Positions 12,401 to 24,100 of a stretch of DNA of 64,000 nucleotides are shown here, one piece after another (within the stretch, counting starts at the first letter, position 1; each line of letters opens with the position of its first letter). Source of the DNA: Haliotis rubra. Its lineage: Eukaryota. The stretch is taken from assembly GCF_003918875.1 (NCBI RefSeq), contig NW_025766981.1:620001-684000 (forward strand), in the 5' to 3' direction. Made by a program: the position numbers and the translations under genes. The notes below the pieces were generated by a model. The model ran no database searches. It was given only the letters and a program-made list of their open reading frames with translations, and was not told the origin of the DNA.

Positions 12401-13733
12401 AACAATACTTTCCAATAAGGTATCATCAGTAATGCGTAAATTCTGTAACACTTCAAAAACATCCAGAACAAACTCAAAACAAACACTTTATTCGGTCGCT
12501 TTGACACTTCAGATTTCAATATTGAAAATAACTCTTCCGGATTGCTGACACTCTGATAATGTTCGGGGTTTTGTTTTGGTTTTGTATGTGTTGTTATATA
12601 CCATTCAAAAACAGAAGGGGGTATTGGATTACAAGATTGATAAAATTCAAATGATGAAGCCAAGGAGGAAACAGATGATGAAGAGAAATTAAGGGAAAAT
12701 GTGACAATTTATTCCATTCCATTGGAAATGTTTCATCTGTATGGATATATATTACGTTTTCTCACATGCATTGGCATTGACCAGTGGTATGCTCGCAAAA
12801 TGGAATATCCCCTACTTTTTTTTAATGGTATATTATGTGGTCATATGTTCTTATGTTTTTATTTCCCAGAGTGTAGGTTATCTAATGGTGTCAAAGTGGA
12901 TGTTGAATGAACAAACGTGTGTTTCAGGATCTCTGTTTACAAGTCTCACCCTGGCTGACCACGTGGCTGGGTTGATCCTCAGCCCTTCGTTTGCTTTCAT
13001 CTACGAGGCCACCATGAACTTTATGCGAGGTTTTATCTACCTTGTCTTCGCCAGCACTCATCTAGTTGCATTTGTGCTATTGATGTGAGTATGTCTCCAG
13101 CCGAAATACCTTTTGCGTAATACTGTCCCTTAGCTGCGCCAGGATCCGATGATAACGTATTCGAGCCCCACTATGATCTGATTTTGATCCTTCAGTAGCT
13201 CTATACCCGTGTTCTATTTCACTAAATTGATAAAATGCTGACTTGCGCCGTACTTGGTTTGCCGGCAATAGGATAGATAGATACCACATGGCGATATTAC
13301 TAAAATATTGTTCCAACTGAGTGAGTGAGTAAGATTTTACACCACCTTTAGCAATATTCCAGCAAATATCACGGCGGGGGACATAGAAATGGGTTTCACA
13401 TTCAAGTAGTACACATGCACGGAATCGAATCCAGGTCTTCAGCGTAACGAGCGAACGCTTCAACCACTAGATTACCCCCAACGTCCTTGTTCCCAGAGAC
13501 ACAAAACATAAATGTGTATATTGAGATATAAGACTCCACTATAATCGATGTGGTATCACAGACATCTGAATACGACATTAATAAGCTATTTTATCTTTTC
13601 CTTCAGATTGTTTGCATGTTTGACATATAAGCACAACAGGCGTATTGAACACGAGGACACTGTGACAATACAGGACAAGGAATGGCCTCAACAGTCTTCC
13701 CAAAGCAACCTGGCACAGAGCACTGAAATGTGA
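9457..13733 (+). CDS. SLC46: SLC46-family (PCFT/SLC46A3-like) MFS transporter, copy 1 (most divergent), 495 aa
   Basis: Exons 9457-10576, 10762-10845, 12928-13084 and 13607-13733, all GT-AG, 1488 nt in frame. Motifs GSYSDYFGRK, ASYAYAADNT..SRT, PFCW, VIRAIMSRM and QGSLF. AATAAA at 13821. Confidence 0.9.
11427..12395 (-). mobile_element. 5'-truncated L2-clade LINE in intron 2 of copy 1
   Basis: ORF 11631-12383 contains LGPIL, YADDNQLY, LKLNDDKSE, KNLGV, SRLDYC and QNRAARII..EHITPVL. The 3' end GGCGCTAAACAAATG is followed by an (ATT)n tail. Confidence 0.9.
13318..13480 (-). mobile_element. SINE family A
   Basis: Reverse complement of the family A consensus, with (GTGA)n at 13318. Confidence 0.8.
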
Positions 13734-14346
13734 AGAACACTTCAGGCATTGAGCCAACGATGTCATTCGTCCACCACCGATACTATGCAAATATGTCATG
13801 TACATAATAATGTTTGAATGAATAAAATTAAATTAAAAACTATCCATTCATGTTTACATGTGTCATCAAAATTATGAATGAGCAATGCAATCATTCATTC
13901 AAAAGCAGTACCATAGAGGTCAGACTTTTGCTTACAAAATCAACAAACTTGATGCAGGTGTTGTAACATACATGCATCAAAACAGTTGTCGACATTGTAA
14001 ATTGCTAAAGTTACCAGTTATTTTCGGAAGCACTGCTGATTTCCTATAACAACATCTAATTGATATGTTATGAAAGAATATTCCAATCTTCTCGTAGATA
14101 GAGGGACAAAGACAGACAGATCGGGGGTTTTCATGCCCATTTCGAGGTGAAAACGGAGAAAAGTGTCAAAAGATTTTGGTCCAGTTTGCTACCAACATTA
14201 CAGCAAATTATGTGTTGCATTTTATTAGAGATCCAGGATATCTGACCTTCATCATTCATACAGGCAAGGTCAACTGAGTACCTCAGAGACGAGACACGAA
14301 CATGTATAGTAACATCTAGACATGAAAAGTTTGGTACTTTAGCCAC

Positions 14347-16182
14347 AAGAACATTGATAGCAACTGGTTACCTCAGACACACGAACATTGATAGCAAGTT
14401 GGTACCTCAGACACACTAACATTGATAGCAAGTGGATCCCTCAGACACACGAACATTGATAGTAACTGGGTACCTCAGACACACGAACATTGATAGCAAG
14501 TGGGTACCTCAGACACACGAACATTGATAGCAAGTGGGTACCTCAGACACAACATTGAACATGGTGATAGCAAACATTGATAGCAACTGGGTAACTCAGA
14601 CACACGAACATTGAAAGCAACTGGGTAACTCAGACACGCGAACATAGATAGCAAGTGGGTAACTCAGACACGCGAACATTGATAGTAACTGGGTACCGCA
14701 GATACGCGGACATTGATAGCAACTGGGTACCTCAGACACGCTAACATAGATAGCAAGTGGGTACCTCACACACATTGAACATTGATAGCAAACATTGATA
14801 GGTACCTCAGACACACGAACATTGATATCAACTGGGTACCTCAGACACACGAACATTGATAGCAAGTGATACCTCAGACACGAACATTGATAGCAAGTAC
14901 CGCAGACACATGGATAGCCTCAGAACACACGAACATTGAACATTGATAGCAAGTGGGTACCTCAGACACACGAACATTGATAGCAAGTGGGTACCTCAGA
15001 CACACGAACATTGATAGCAACTGGTACCTCAGACACACGAACATTGATAGCAACTGGGTAACTCAGACACGCGAACATAGAAAGCAAGTGGGTAACTCAG
15101 ACACGCGAACATTGATAGTAACTGGGTACCGAAGATACACGGACATTGATAGTAACTGGGTACCTCAGACACGCTAACATAGATAGCAAGTGGGTACCTC
15201 AGACACGCAATAACATTGATAGCAAGTAGGTACCTCACACGAACATTGATAGCAACTGGGTACCTCAGACACACGAACATTGATAGCAAGTTGGTACCTC
15301 AGACACACGAACATAGATAGCAAGTGGGTACCTCAGACACACGAACATTGATAGTAACTGGGTACCTCAGACACACGAACATTGATAGCAGCTGGGTACC
15401 TCAGACACACGAACATTGATAGCAAGTGGGTACCTCAGACACGAACATTGATAGTAACTGGGTACCTCAGACACACGAACATTGATAGCAAGTGGGTACC
15501 TCAGACACACGAACATTGATAGCAAGTGGGTACCTAAGACACACGAATATTGATAGTAAGTGGGTACCGCAGACACACGAACATCGATAATAACTGGGTA
15601 CCTCAGACACACGAACATTGATAGTAACTGGGTTCCACAGACACACGAACTTTGATAGTAACTGGGTACCTCAGACACACGAACATTGATAGCAAGTGGG
15701 CACCTCAGACACACGAACATTGATAGCAAGTGGGTACCTAAGACACACGAATATTGATATTAAGTGGGTACCGCAGACATACGAACATCGATAATAACTG
15801 GGTACCTCAGACACACGAACATTGATAGTAACTGGGTTCCACAGACACACGAACTTTGATAGTAACTGGGTACCTCAGACACACGAACATTGATAGCAAG
15901 TGGGTACCTCAAACACACGAACTTTGATAGTAACTGGGTACCTCAGACACACGAACATTGATAGTAACTGGGTACCTCAGACACGAACATAGATAGTAAC
16001 TGGGTACCTCAGAACTGGGTACCTCAGACACACGAACATTGATAGTAACTGGGTACCTCAGACACACGAACATAGATAGTAACTGGGTACCTCAGACACA
16101 CGAACATTGATAGCACTGGGTACCTCAGACACACGAACATAGATAGTAACTGGGTACCTCAGACACACTAACATTGATAGTA
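14347..16182. repeat. 34-bp minisatellite array, about 54 units
   Basis: Unit ACGAACATTGATAGCAAGTGGGTACCTCAGACAC with variants. The period is 34 (e.g. 14461 to 14495) and there are no spacers. Confidence 0.95.
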
Positions 16183-16394
16183 AAATCTGTCGTGACACCA
16201 ACCTAATGCTTTTGGGTTAGTCATTATGACAATCATCGTTAGTAACTGCGAAAAGATCATATTTATTTGTTAAGCATTTTATGCATTCAAAAATAGCATG
16301 AATGCAGCATCCCTGTAACTTAAAGTATATATTAAATGTCGCGTGTCCCTCCATGTTGTTTCACCTTTAAGAAAGATCAACCTTCTACGAGTAA

Positions 16395-16543
16395 GGGCGG
16401 TGGGGTAGCCTAGTGGTTAAGATCCGCGTTCGATTCCCTACATGGGTACAATATGTGAAGCCCATTTCTGGTGTCACCCGCCGAGATATTGTTGGAATAT
16501 TGCTGAAATCGGCGTAAAACCATACTTACTCACTCACTCACTC
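16395..16543 (+). mobile_element. SINE family A (internally deleted)
   Basis: GGGCGGTGGGGTAGCCTAGTGGTTAA..TTCGATTCCC..(CTCA)n. Confidence 0.85.
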
Positions 16544-16814
16544 AATTGTGAATGTTGCTGACGGATACTTCTTAATTGATATGGATAGTTTGTTACAAGG
16601 ACGTCAGTGCTCAGCTCCCAGTTTCCTACTGCCATATTACAAGAGGTTGCGTAGGTCAGCTGTGTGTAATAAGCATCAGAGTATGGTCAACATTGCGGAT
16701 GAGGTGCTTGAAACTAAAGCCTGACCAAACATGTACCGTAATGATATGACAGTGAATGTAAATTTGTAATGCTTTTGTTAGTCGAGACCTAGACGAAATT
16801 TACAATATATAATA

Positions 16815-17595
16815 TAGTCTCTGATTATATAATACAAACAAAAAGTATGGGAACACCCTAAAATTTGATAGTCATATATAAACTTAAACGTGGTGGGATT
16901 ATTTATGCTCTAAGATAAATGCATTTTTTGTGTGTGTTTTAATGGGCACTATAAACGACATGTTGGAACATGCAGTGAAGCTACTGATTCAATATTCGTT
17001 GAGTTTGAGTGAAATGAAACATTGTCAAAAACAGCGAAAAACAAGGGTGCAGCCTAGTGAATGTGGAAGACAGACTTCCCATGCAGCTTATTTTTGACAA
17101 TGTTTCATTTCACTCAAACTCAACGCATATTGAATCAGTTGCTTCACTGCATGTTCCAACATGTCGTTTATAGTGCCCATTAAGCACACAAAAATTTGCA
17201 TCTATCTTAGAGAATTAATAACCCCACCACGTTTAAGTTTATATATGACTATCAAATTTTAGGGTGTTCCAATACTTTTTGTTTGTAGTATATATAATTT
17301 TGATAGAACACATATTCCCATTATATTTGAAAAGGAGTCCCAGTGTGTGAGCCGGAACCTTAGAAAATCTAGACTTGCTTCATTTCGAGCTTTAGCATTG
17401 CAGAAAGGGCTGGGCAGAAGGGAAAATAGTCTGTCTCAAAATCCCTGAACCACATTATGCCCTATCTACAGTGCTAAAGCCCTAAATAGAGCAAGTCTAG
17501 ATTTCCTAAGTCTGAATCTCTGGTCTCCCTGGGACTCCTTTTCAATTTAAATTTTCTTGTTTGTTACTATCAAAATTATATATATTCAGAGACTA
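16815..17595. mobile_element. Palindromic MITE with TAG..CTA ends (Academ-like), interrupted by a second MITE
   Basis: TAGTCTCTGA.TATATA / TATATATTCAGAGACTA. Internal inverted arms TTTGATAG..GAAAAGGAGTCCCAG..TCTAGACTTGCT..GCTTTAGCA and their complements. Related pieces occur at 38485-38645, 53219-53380 and 57716-57900. Confidence 0.6.
16830..17290. mobile_element. Tc1/mariner-type fold-back MITE (about 200-bp arms, about 60-bp spacer, TA flanks)
   Basis: 16830-17030 is a near-perfect reverse complement of 17091-17290. Confidence 0.85.
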
Positions 17596-18142
17596 AGCCT
17601 TAGTCTAAAGGGAAAATAATGTCCTTCAGGGGTTGTGAGACAGACCCTTCGAGACCCTCCGACAGCGGCCAGGCAGGGTGGTTGACGGTTACTACCCGCT
17701 CGTTGTAGTAATAGTATATAGCTGTAAGTGTAGACGTCGAATACAGCGTTGTGGCCACTGGTGGACTCCTGAATGTGGAAGAGAGATATCCCAACCATAA
17801 TAGTGTGGGATATTTATATATCGCTGACGCGAACACGCCTGACCTGTGACCTAGATTGGCAAAGCGAGAGATATGCGACTATGGCTATGCGACTTACTTC
17901 TCAGTTCACACGGCGCAGACGACACAACGCACTGTCTGTCGTATTAGCTAACAGCTATGCATATCGCCAAAAAGAGATCATTCACTCTACGAGTGATATA
18001 GGCGTGTGTCCAACTTGCTGTAGACTTGATCTTTATCACTGATGTCAGCGACACCACGTTGATAGAGGTCAGTGTACTAACACAACACGAGACTACAATC
18101 ATGTGGTGTTGACAGTCACCTGTTTCTATGATACAGACAAAC

Positions 18143-21100
18143 ATGGAGTCTACACCGCTACTAGAAAGAAAGGACGAAGGTGACAAGTCGAAGCTGGGAA
18201 ATCTACTCAAGGCCAACGTTGTGTTTCTGGTGTTCCATTTGGCTGTCAATATCCGTAATCCGCTGGTGACACAATATGTTTACCAGAGGTACTACGATGA
18301 GGAGTTCGACAACAGCACCAACACCCTCAATCAAACATCTAAGTGTTACGTCAATGAGTCGGATCCAGGATACCTGTTACAGGAAAGGGTTCAGGAAAAG
18401 ACATCGGACTTTCAAACAATACTGACAGCCATCGGAAGTTCCTTAGCTGTAATTAGCTGTATGTTCTTGGGGGCCTATTCTGATTATCTTGGTCGACGAT
18501 TCCTCTTTATAGTACCTTTAATTGGAGAGAGCATCAGGTATGCATCTGTAACAATTGTTATTTACTGGAATCTAGATCTGAGATACATGTACATTGGTGA
18601 GGTGTTTGAAGGAATTACAGGGGGATACAATGGTGTGATTCTGGCTAGCTATGCCTACACGGCTGACAACACACCACCTAAGAATTCCAGGACAATTGGC
18701 ATCGCTGTGATAGATTTCACAACCTATCTGGCAGCCGCAGCTTCTTCAGCCAGTACTGGATACTTCATCAAAGACACAGGATTCCTCTATCCCTCAGTGA
18801 CTACTTTATCAATCATGCTTCTCTCTGTGCTCTTTGTCATTTTTCTTCTCCCAGAAACTATCAACACAGATAGAAGATCCCAATATCCATCTCCGGTGAA
18901 GGCGGTGAAAAATGTCTTTGGATTCTACTTTTCAAAAGATTTTGGACCAAAGAGAGGTCTTTTCTGGCTTATACTTGCATCATACTTTTTATCAATGTTT
19001 TGCGGGGCAGGAGTGTCCACTGTTCAATATCTTTTTCAACTAAACCTGCCTTTCTGTTGGGGACCAGAGCTCATCGGGTATTTCAATATGGCGATGTGCC
19101 TTGGAATGCAATTGCTGGGGATTCCAGTCATCAAACTTCTCCATCTGTGCACCTCAGACCCAGTAATAGGTATCATAACAGCTTTCATACAAGCAGGAGC
19201 CTATGTCCTTATCGGCCTGGCCAGCACGGATTTTATGCTTTTCTCATGTAAGTAGATTGGTTTGTTGTTAAACGCCAAACTCAACAATATTCCAGCTATG
19301 TGGCGGTGGTCTTTAAAAAATCGAGTCTGATCCAGACAATCCAGTGATCAACAGCATGAGTATAGATCTACACAATTGGGACACGATGACATGCGTCAAC
19401 CAAGCGAGCTTGACCACTCAAAACCGTTAGTCGTCTCTTACGACAAGGATCGGCTGCAGAAGACCAATTCTAACCCGAAACTTTACGTATTTTTCTCATG
19501 TAGGTCATCATTACAATAAGCGATTTCCTACATTTCTACAAGTTTTAAAAAAGGATAGAAATATTCATATAACAACATGCATAACATATGTTTGGATTTA
19601 CAAGATGTTCTTTAAACTTTGTGTGCTATATGACAGTAATGTCAGCTTTTGCTAATTATTGTTGGATGTCTTTGTTGTAGTTGTGGTGCCCAATGGTGTT
19701 GCTTCCCCGTTCCCACCGACAGTGAGAGCTATCATGTCGAGGATGGCTCCTCCTGAAATGCAGGGTGAGTTCACAGACAGACGCTCAAGGACAGGGTCAT
19801 GCACAGCGTTACTGTGGCAGTCCCCATTTCCAGTGTAACATTCAAAGACACTAATTTAAGCTAATGAAATCAAAACATTAACTGGAAACAGATAACTTCA
19901 AACAAGAGGGAATGATTCCCAAAATGGCCTCAAGAAGCAAGATTGTTTTTTAGTACATTATTAACTAACTTTAAAGACGGGAAGGTCTCACTGAATCCGA
20001 CAATGAGATTGATTTAACCACATTTATCGTGCATAGTTTCCTCAACATGTTTGATGGTGTCTGAGCAGTGATATGTTATTAACTGATACGTGCATAACGG
20101 AAGCCTGGAAAGAACTCTTTCTTCGTAGGCTACTGCATTAATGATATTGATTGATTTGTTGTTGTTTAACGCGGCACTCATCAATATTCCAGCTATATAG
20201 CGGCGGTCTGTAAGTAATCCAATCAGGACCAGACTATCCAGTGATCAACAGCAAGAGTATCAATCTACGCAACTGGGATACGATGACATGTGTCAAACAA
20301 GTCAGCGAGCTTGTCCACCGATCCCATTAGTCGTCTCTTAATGTTATGAATAAGAAGGTAATATTATCAATACATATGTAATACGGTGAATACGTATGTA
20401 ATATCTGAACGTTATTTGCCAGGTTCTCTGTTTGCCGGTATTGGACTTGTGAACATCATCTCTGGGACCGTAGGGATTACAGCTTTCAACGAGATCTATA
20501 ATGCCACTGTGGAGATGCTTCGTGGCTTCGCCTTTTTTCGCCTGTGCGGGATTCGAGTTCTTGTCAGGAGTGATAGTATTGTGAGTACACACCATATTCT
20601 AATGTAACATATAAACTTATTTCTATATGTTGTTTTTACCCTTTACTATTAAATACGTAATTCTGCATTCTGAATTTTGTTTGGAAGAGAATTAGTACCA
20701 GTCTTTTTTTAACAACCACGAAATGTTATTTACATCTATGTAGATGTTACTCTTCTTCTACGAAGGTGGTACTCCAATTTACGTGTTCGATATTACCATC
20801 GACATAGAAGTAGATATCTATTGACTAATCGACTTGGTAACCATCTTTTCTCGAGTAGTCGGCAATAGTTACAGGTCTGTTTTATGCAAAATCTGGCTTA
20901 TTGACCGATTTGTTTCACCTTTTGAGTGAGTGAGTGAGTTTAGTTTTACGCCGCACTCAGCAATACACAAGCTATATGGCGGCGTTCTGTAAATACACGA
21001 GTCAGGACCAGACAATCCAGTGATCAACAGCATGAGCATCGATCTACACAAGTGGGAACGATGACATGTGTCAACCAAGCCAGCGAGCCTGACCACCCGA

Positions 21101-24100
21101 TCCCGTTGGTCGCCTCTTACCACAAGCATGGGTTACTGAAGGCTCATTCTAACCCGGACCTTCACGAGTTTTCACTTTTAGAGGTACTATCAGAACATTC
21201 AATACAGTTACTCTTCATAGTAAAAGGTAAAACGAAAATAGACAACCAACATACTACTAATTATTTATATAATTCTTGCTTAAAGTGTATGGAATGTGTG
21301 TTGTGACTATACTCAACTAATTTCACAACACAATATCACGATCTCATTTGCGATATTACACTGCAATATATGGAGATGAACGTAGCTTACGCGAAGATAA
21401 AAGTAACTTTTACGTATACAGTATAATCTACAGAGAGAATAGAAACAATTGAGACTACTTTTGCAATACCCATATGTTTCCAATTTGCAACTGCATCGTT
21501 TAGGTCGCTACAGCTGCGGTATTACTGTTTGTACAAGTGATTACTTAGTGAATGATAATATTATAAAACAGCTCTATACATATTTTGAAAATTGTGTGGC
21601 CTTGTTGTTGAGAACATCTGTTCTCGGTTGCGATCAGGTCACTGCACCTGTGTTTACATATCTATCACCTGAAAACTCGCCCATGTACAATCAGAGTGGC
21701 ACTGATGGCATATCATCACTAGAGGACTATCTCTTCGTCATTACTTCTGATCACCCAGATAAACACGTCTTATTATGTGGTGACCATAATGCAAGAATCA
21801 ACGACTTTATAGATTATATACTTTCTGATAGCCTAGACTTTGTCCAGGACTCTGATGATTATCCTAGTGATGATTTTGATTTGCCAAGAAATTCCAAAGA
21901 CAATTTAGTTTATAACAATTACGGTGTTAAGTTAGTGTAAATGTGTCGCACATGCGGTGTTCACATCCTTAATGACAGGATTTTTAAGGATAAATGGTGA
22001 ATGTATTACTCATAAGCCGGTTCAGTGTTGTTGACGATAATTGCCTCGTCTTCTCTTTTTTCCTCACATGACAGATTTTGGTGTCGGTACACTTGACATG
22101 TCCTTTCACTTTCCATTACACTGTTCACTTGACATCAACATCCATAAACAAAGCTCTGACAAAGCATCCACATCATATCACACGCACAACATCCCTGATG
22201 AACCTAACACTGCAAAATCAGAAACAACTAAATGGTTTAAGTTTTTATGGATCACGGACACTGACAATAATTTCATTACAAACTTCACAAACACCTACAA
22301 TAATGTTTATCCAACATGATAAATAGTAACATTGACATGGCTATACAATATTTTGTAAACCTGTTCAACCAAACTGCAGAACACACTAAGAGACTGTACC
22401 CTGGTGGGACAATGAACTGGACAACATTATACAACAGAGATACACAGCATTAAGGTCACATAGAGACAACAAAACGGGTATTTCTCTATTCAGAAATTTA
22501 AGATCCATCTTCAAGAAAACCTTTTTAAAGAAAACAACCGAGTACTTTGGGAAACAGAAAGATAGATTAGTAGAGGAAAGAAAAGACCCTAAATTATGTT
22601 AGAAAATACTTAAGGAAAAACGGAGTTCACAGGGTTTATCTAACCAAATCACAGATGAACAGTGGGTAACACACTTTATAGAGCTCCGCAGTACAGATAA
22701 TCAAACAGACTACACCTCCCACTGCAGTACTTCCAACATGGACTCTTATGTACACTAAACAAACCAATAACAGAACAGGACATATTAGCAAGGATTTCAA
22801 ACTTAACAAATAACAAGACACCTTGACCAGATAGGCTTGCCACAGAGTTTCTTAAAGCAACACAACATAACATTATCACACCACTTACATTTCTTTGTAA
22901 TAATATTCTCAATGCAGGACACTTCCCAAACAGCTGGGGCAAGAGCATAATATGTCCTTTACATAAATCAGGAAATAAACACGACGAAACAATTACAGAG
23001 GCATTTCACTCATTAAGACCCTTTGTAAGATTTTTGCCTTAGTACTGAACAAAAGGCTACAAATTTGGTGTGATGAAAATAACATTAAATGAGGCCAAAG
23101 CAAGTTTTAAAGCTGGTTACTTTACTGTGGATCAAATGGCTCTTATTCCAAGGTACTGCTGCAAAACGAAGGGAAGATTCTACTGTCTCTTCGTGGGATT
23201 TGCGAAGGCATTCGATACACTAAGACATGATGTTCTTTTAGCCTCTTTACATAGGGCTGGAGTATCTGGCAAGTTTTATAATATTATTGAATCAATGTAT
23301 TCCAATCTTTAGCCTGTGTCAGAAACTAAACATAGTCTTTCATCTTGTTTTAAATGTTTTGTAGGTACAAGGCAGGGGTGTATTCTAAGCCCACAGATAT
23401 TTCATATATTTATTGATAACCTTTATAAGAAATTAGAATCGGGGGAGGTCTTCATTAATCATTTGTTCCCAAATTTATGTGCACTTATGTTTGCAGATGA
23501 CATTTCGGCACTATCTGGCACTTTTAACTAACTTCAAAAGAAATTAATTGTTTGGGAAAACTTATGTAATAGTACGGGGATGAAAGTTAACTTAAACAAA
23601 ACTAAGATTATTGAAATGGGGGGCCTCTTCGTCATTATGAGAAATGGTTCTATAATGGTACCCCTGTTGAATCGGTTTTATTTTATAGATATTAAGGATT
23701 AGCTGTCAATCCCAAGCTTGTCTGGAGTAAGGCCCAGCCGTGTCTTGCATCGCAGGCCTCTATAGCTAAATGGTTTTCAGAGAAAAATTGGTGACATAGT
23801 TTGTACTGATCTACTTAAAGGAGAATACTAACAAAAACAAAACTTTTCATAGGAGTAAAGGAATTCTAAATGTCACCTTCCGTGCTTAAAATTGAACCAA
23901 AAGTTTGTAAAATTGCAATAAAAACACACAAAAAACGTACTCGTAGTTCCACCTATTACGGAAACACCCGACAGTTAATGAGCAGTGGGGGTATCACGTG
24001 ACATGACGTCATATGTGCCTGTTGCTGATAGCTTCCTCTTTGATTTTACCTCACAACTTAACAGAGTCTATGGATTCTAAAGCAATAAAAGATGTTCCTG

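Noticed and set aside
14347-16182. CRISPR-like array and the repetitive ORFs within it
   Set aside because: Units are contiguous with no unique spacers, there are no cas genes, and the context is eukaryotic. The ORFs are artefacts of the 34-bp repeat.
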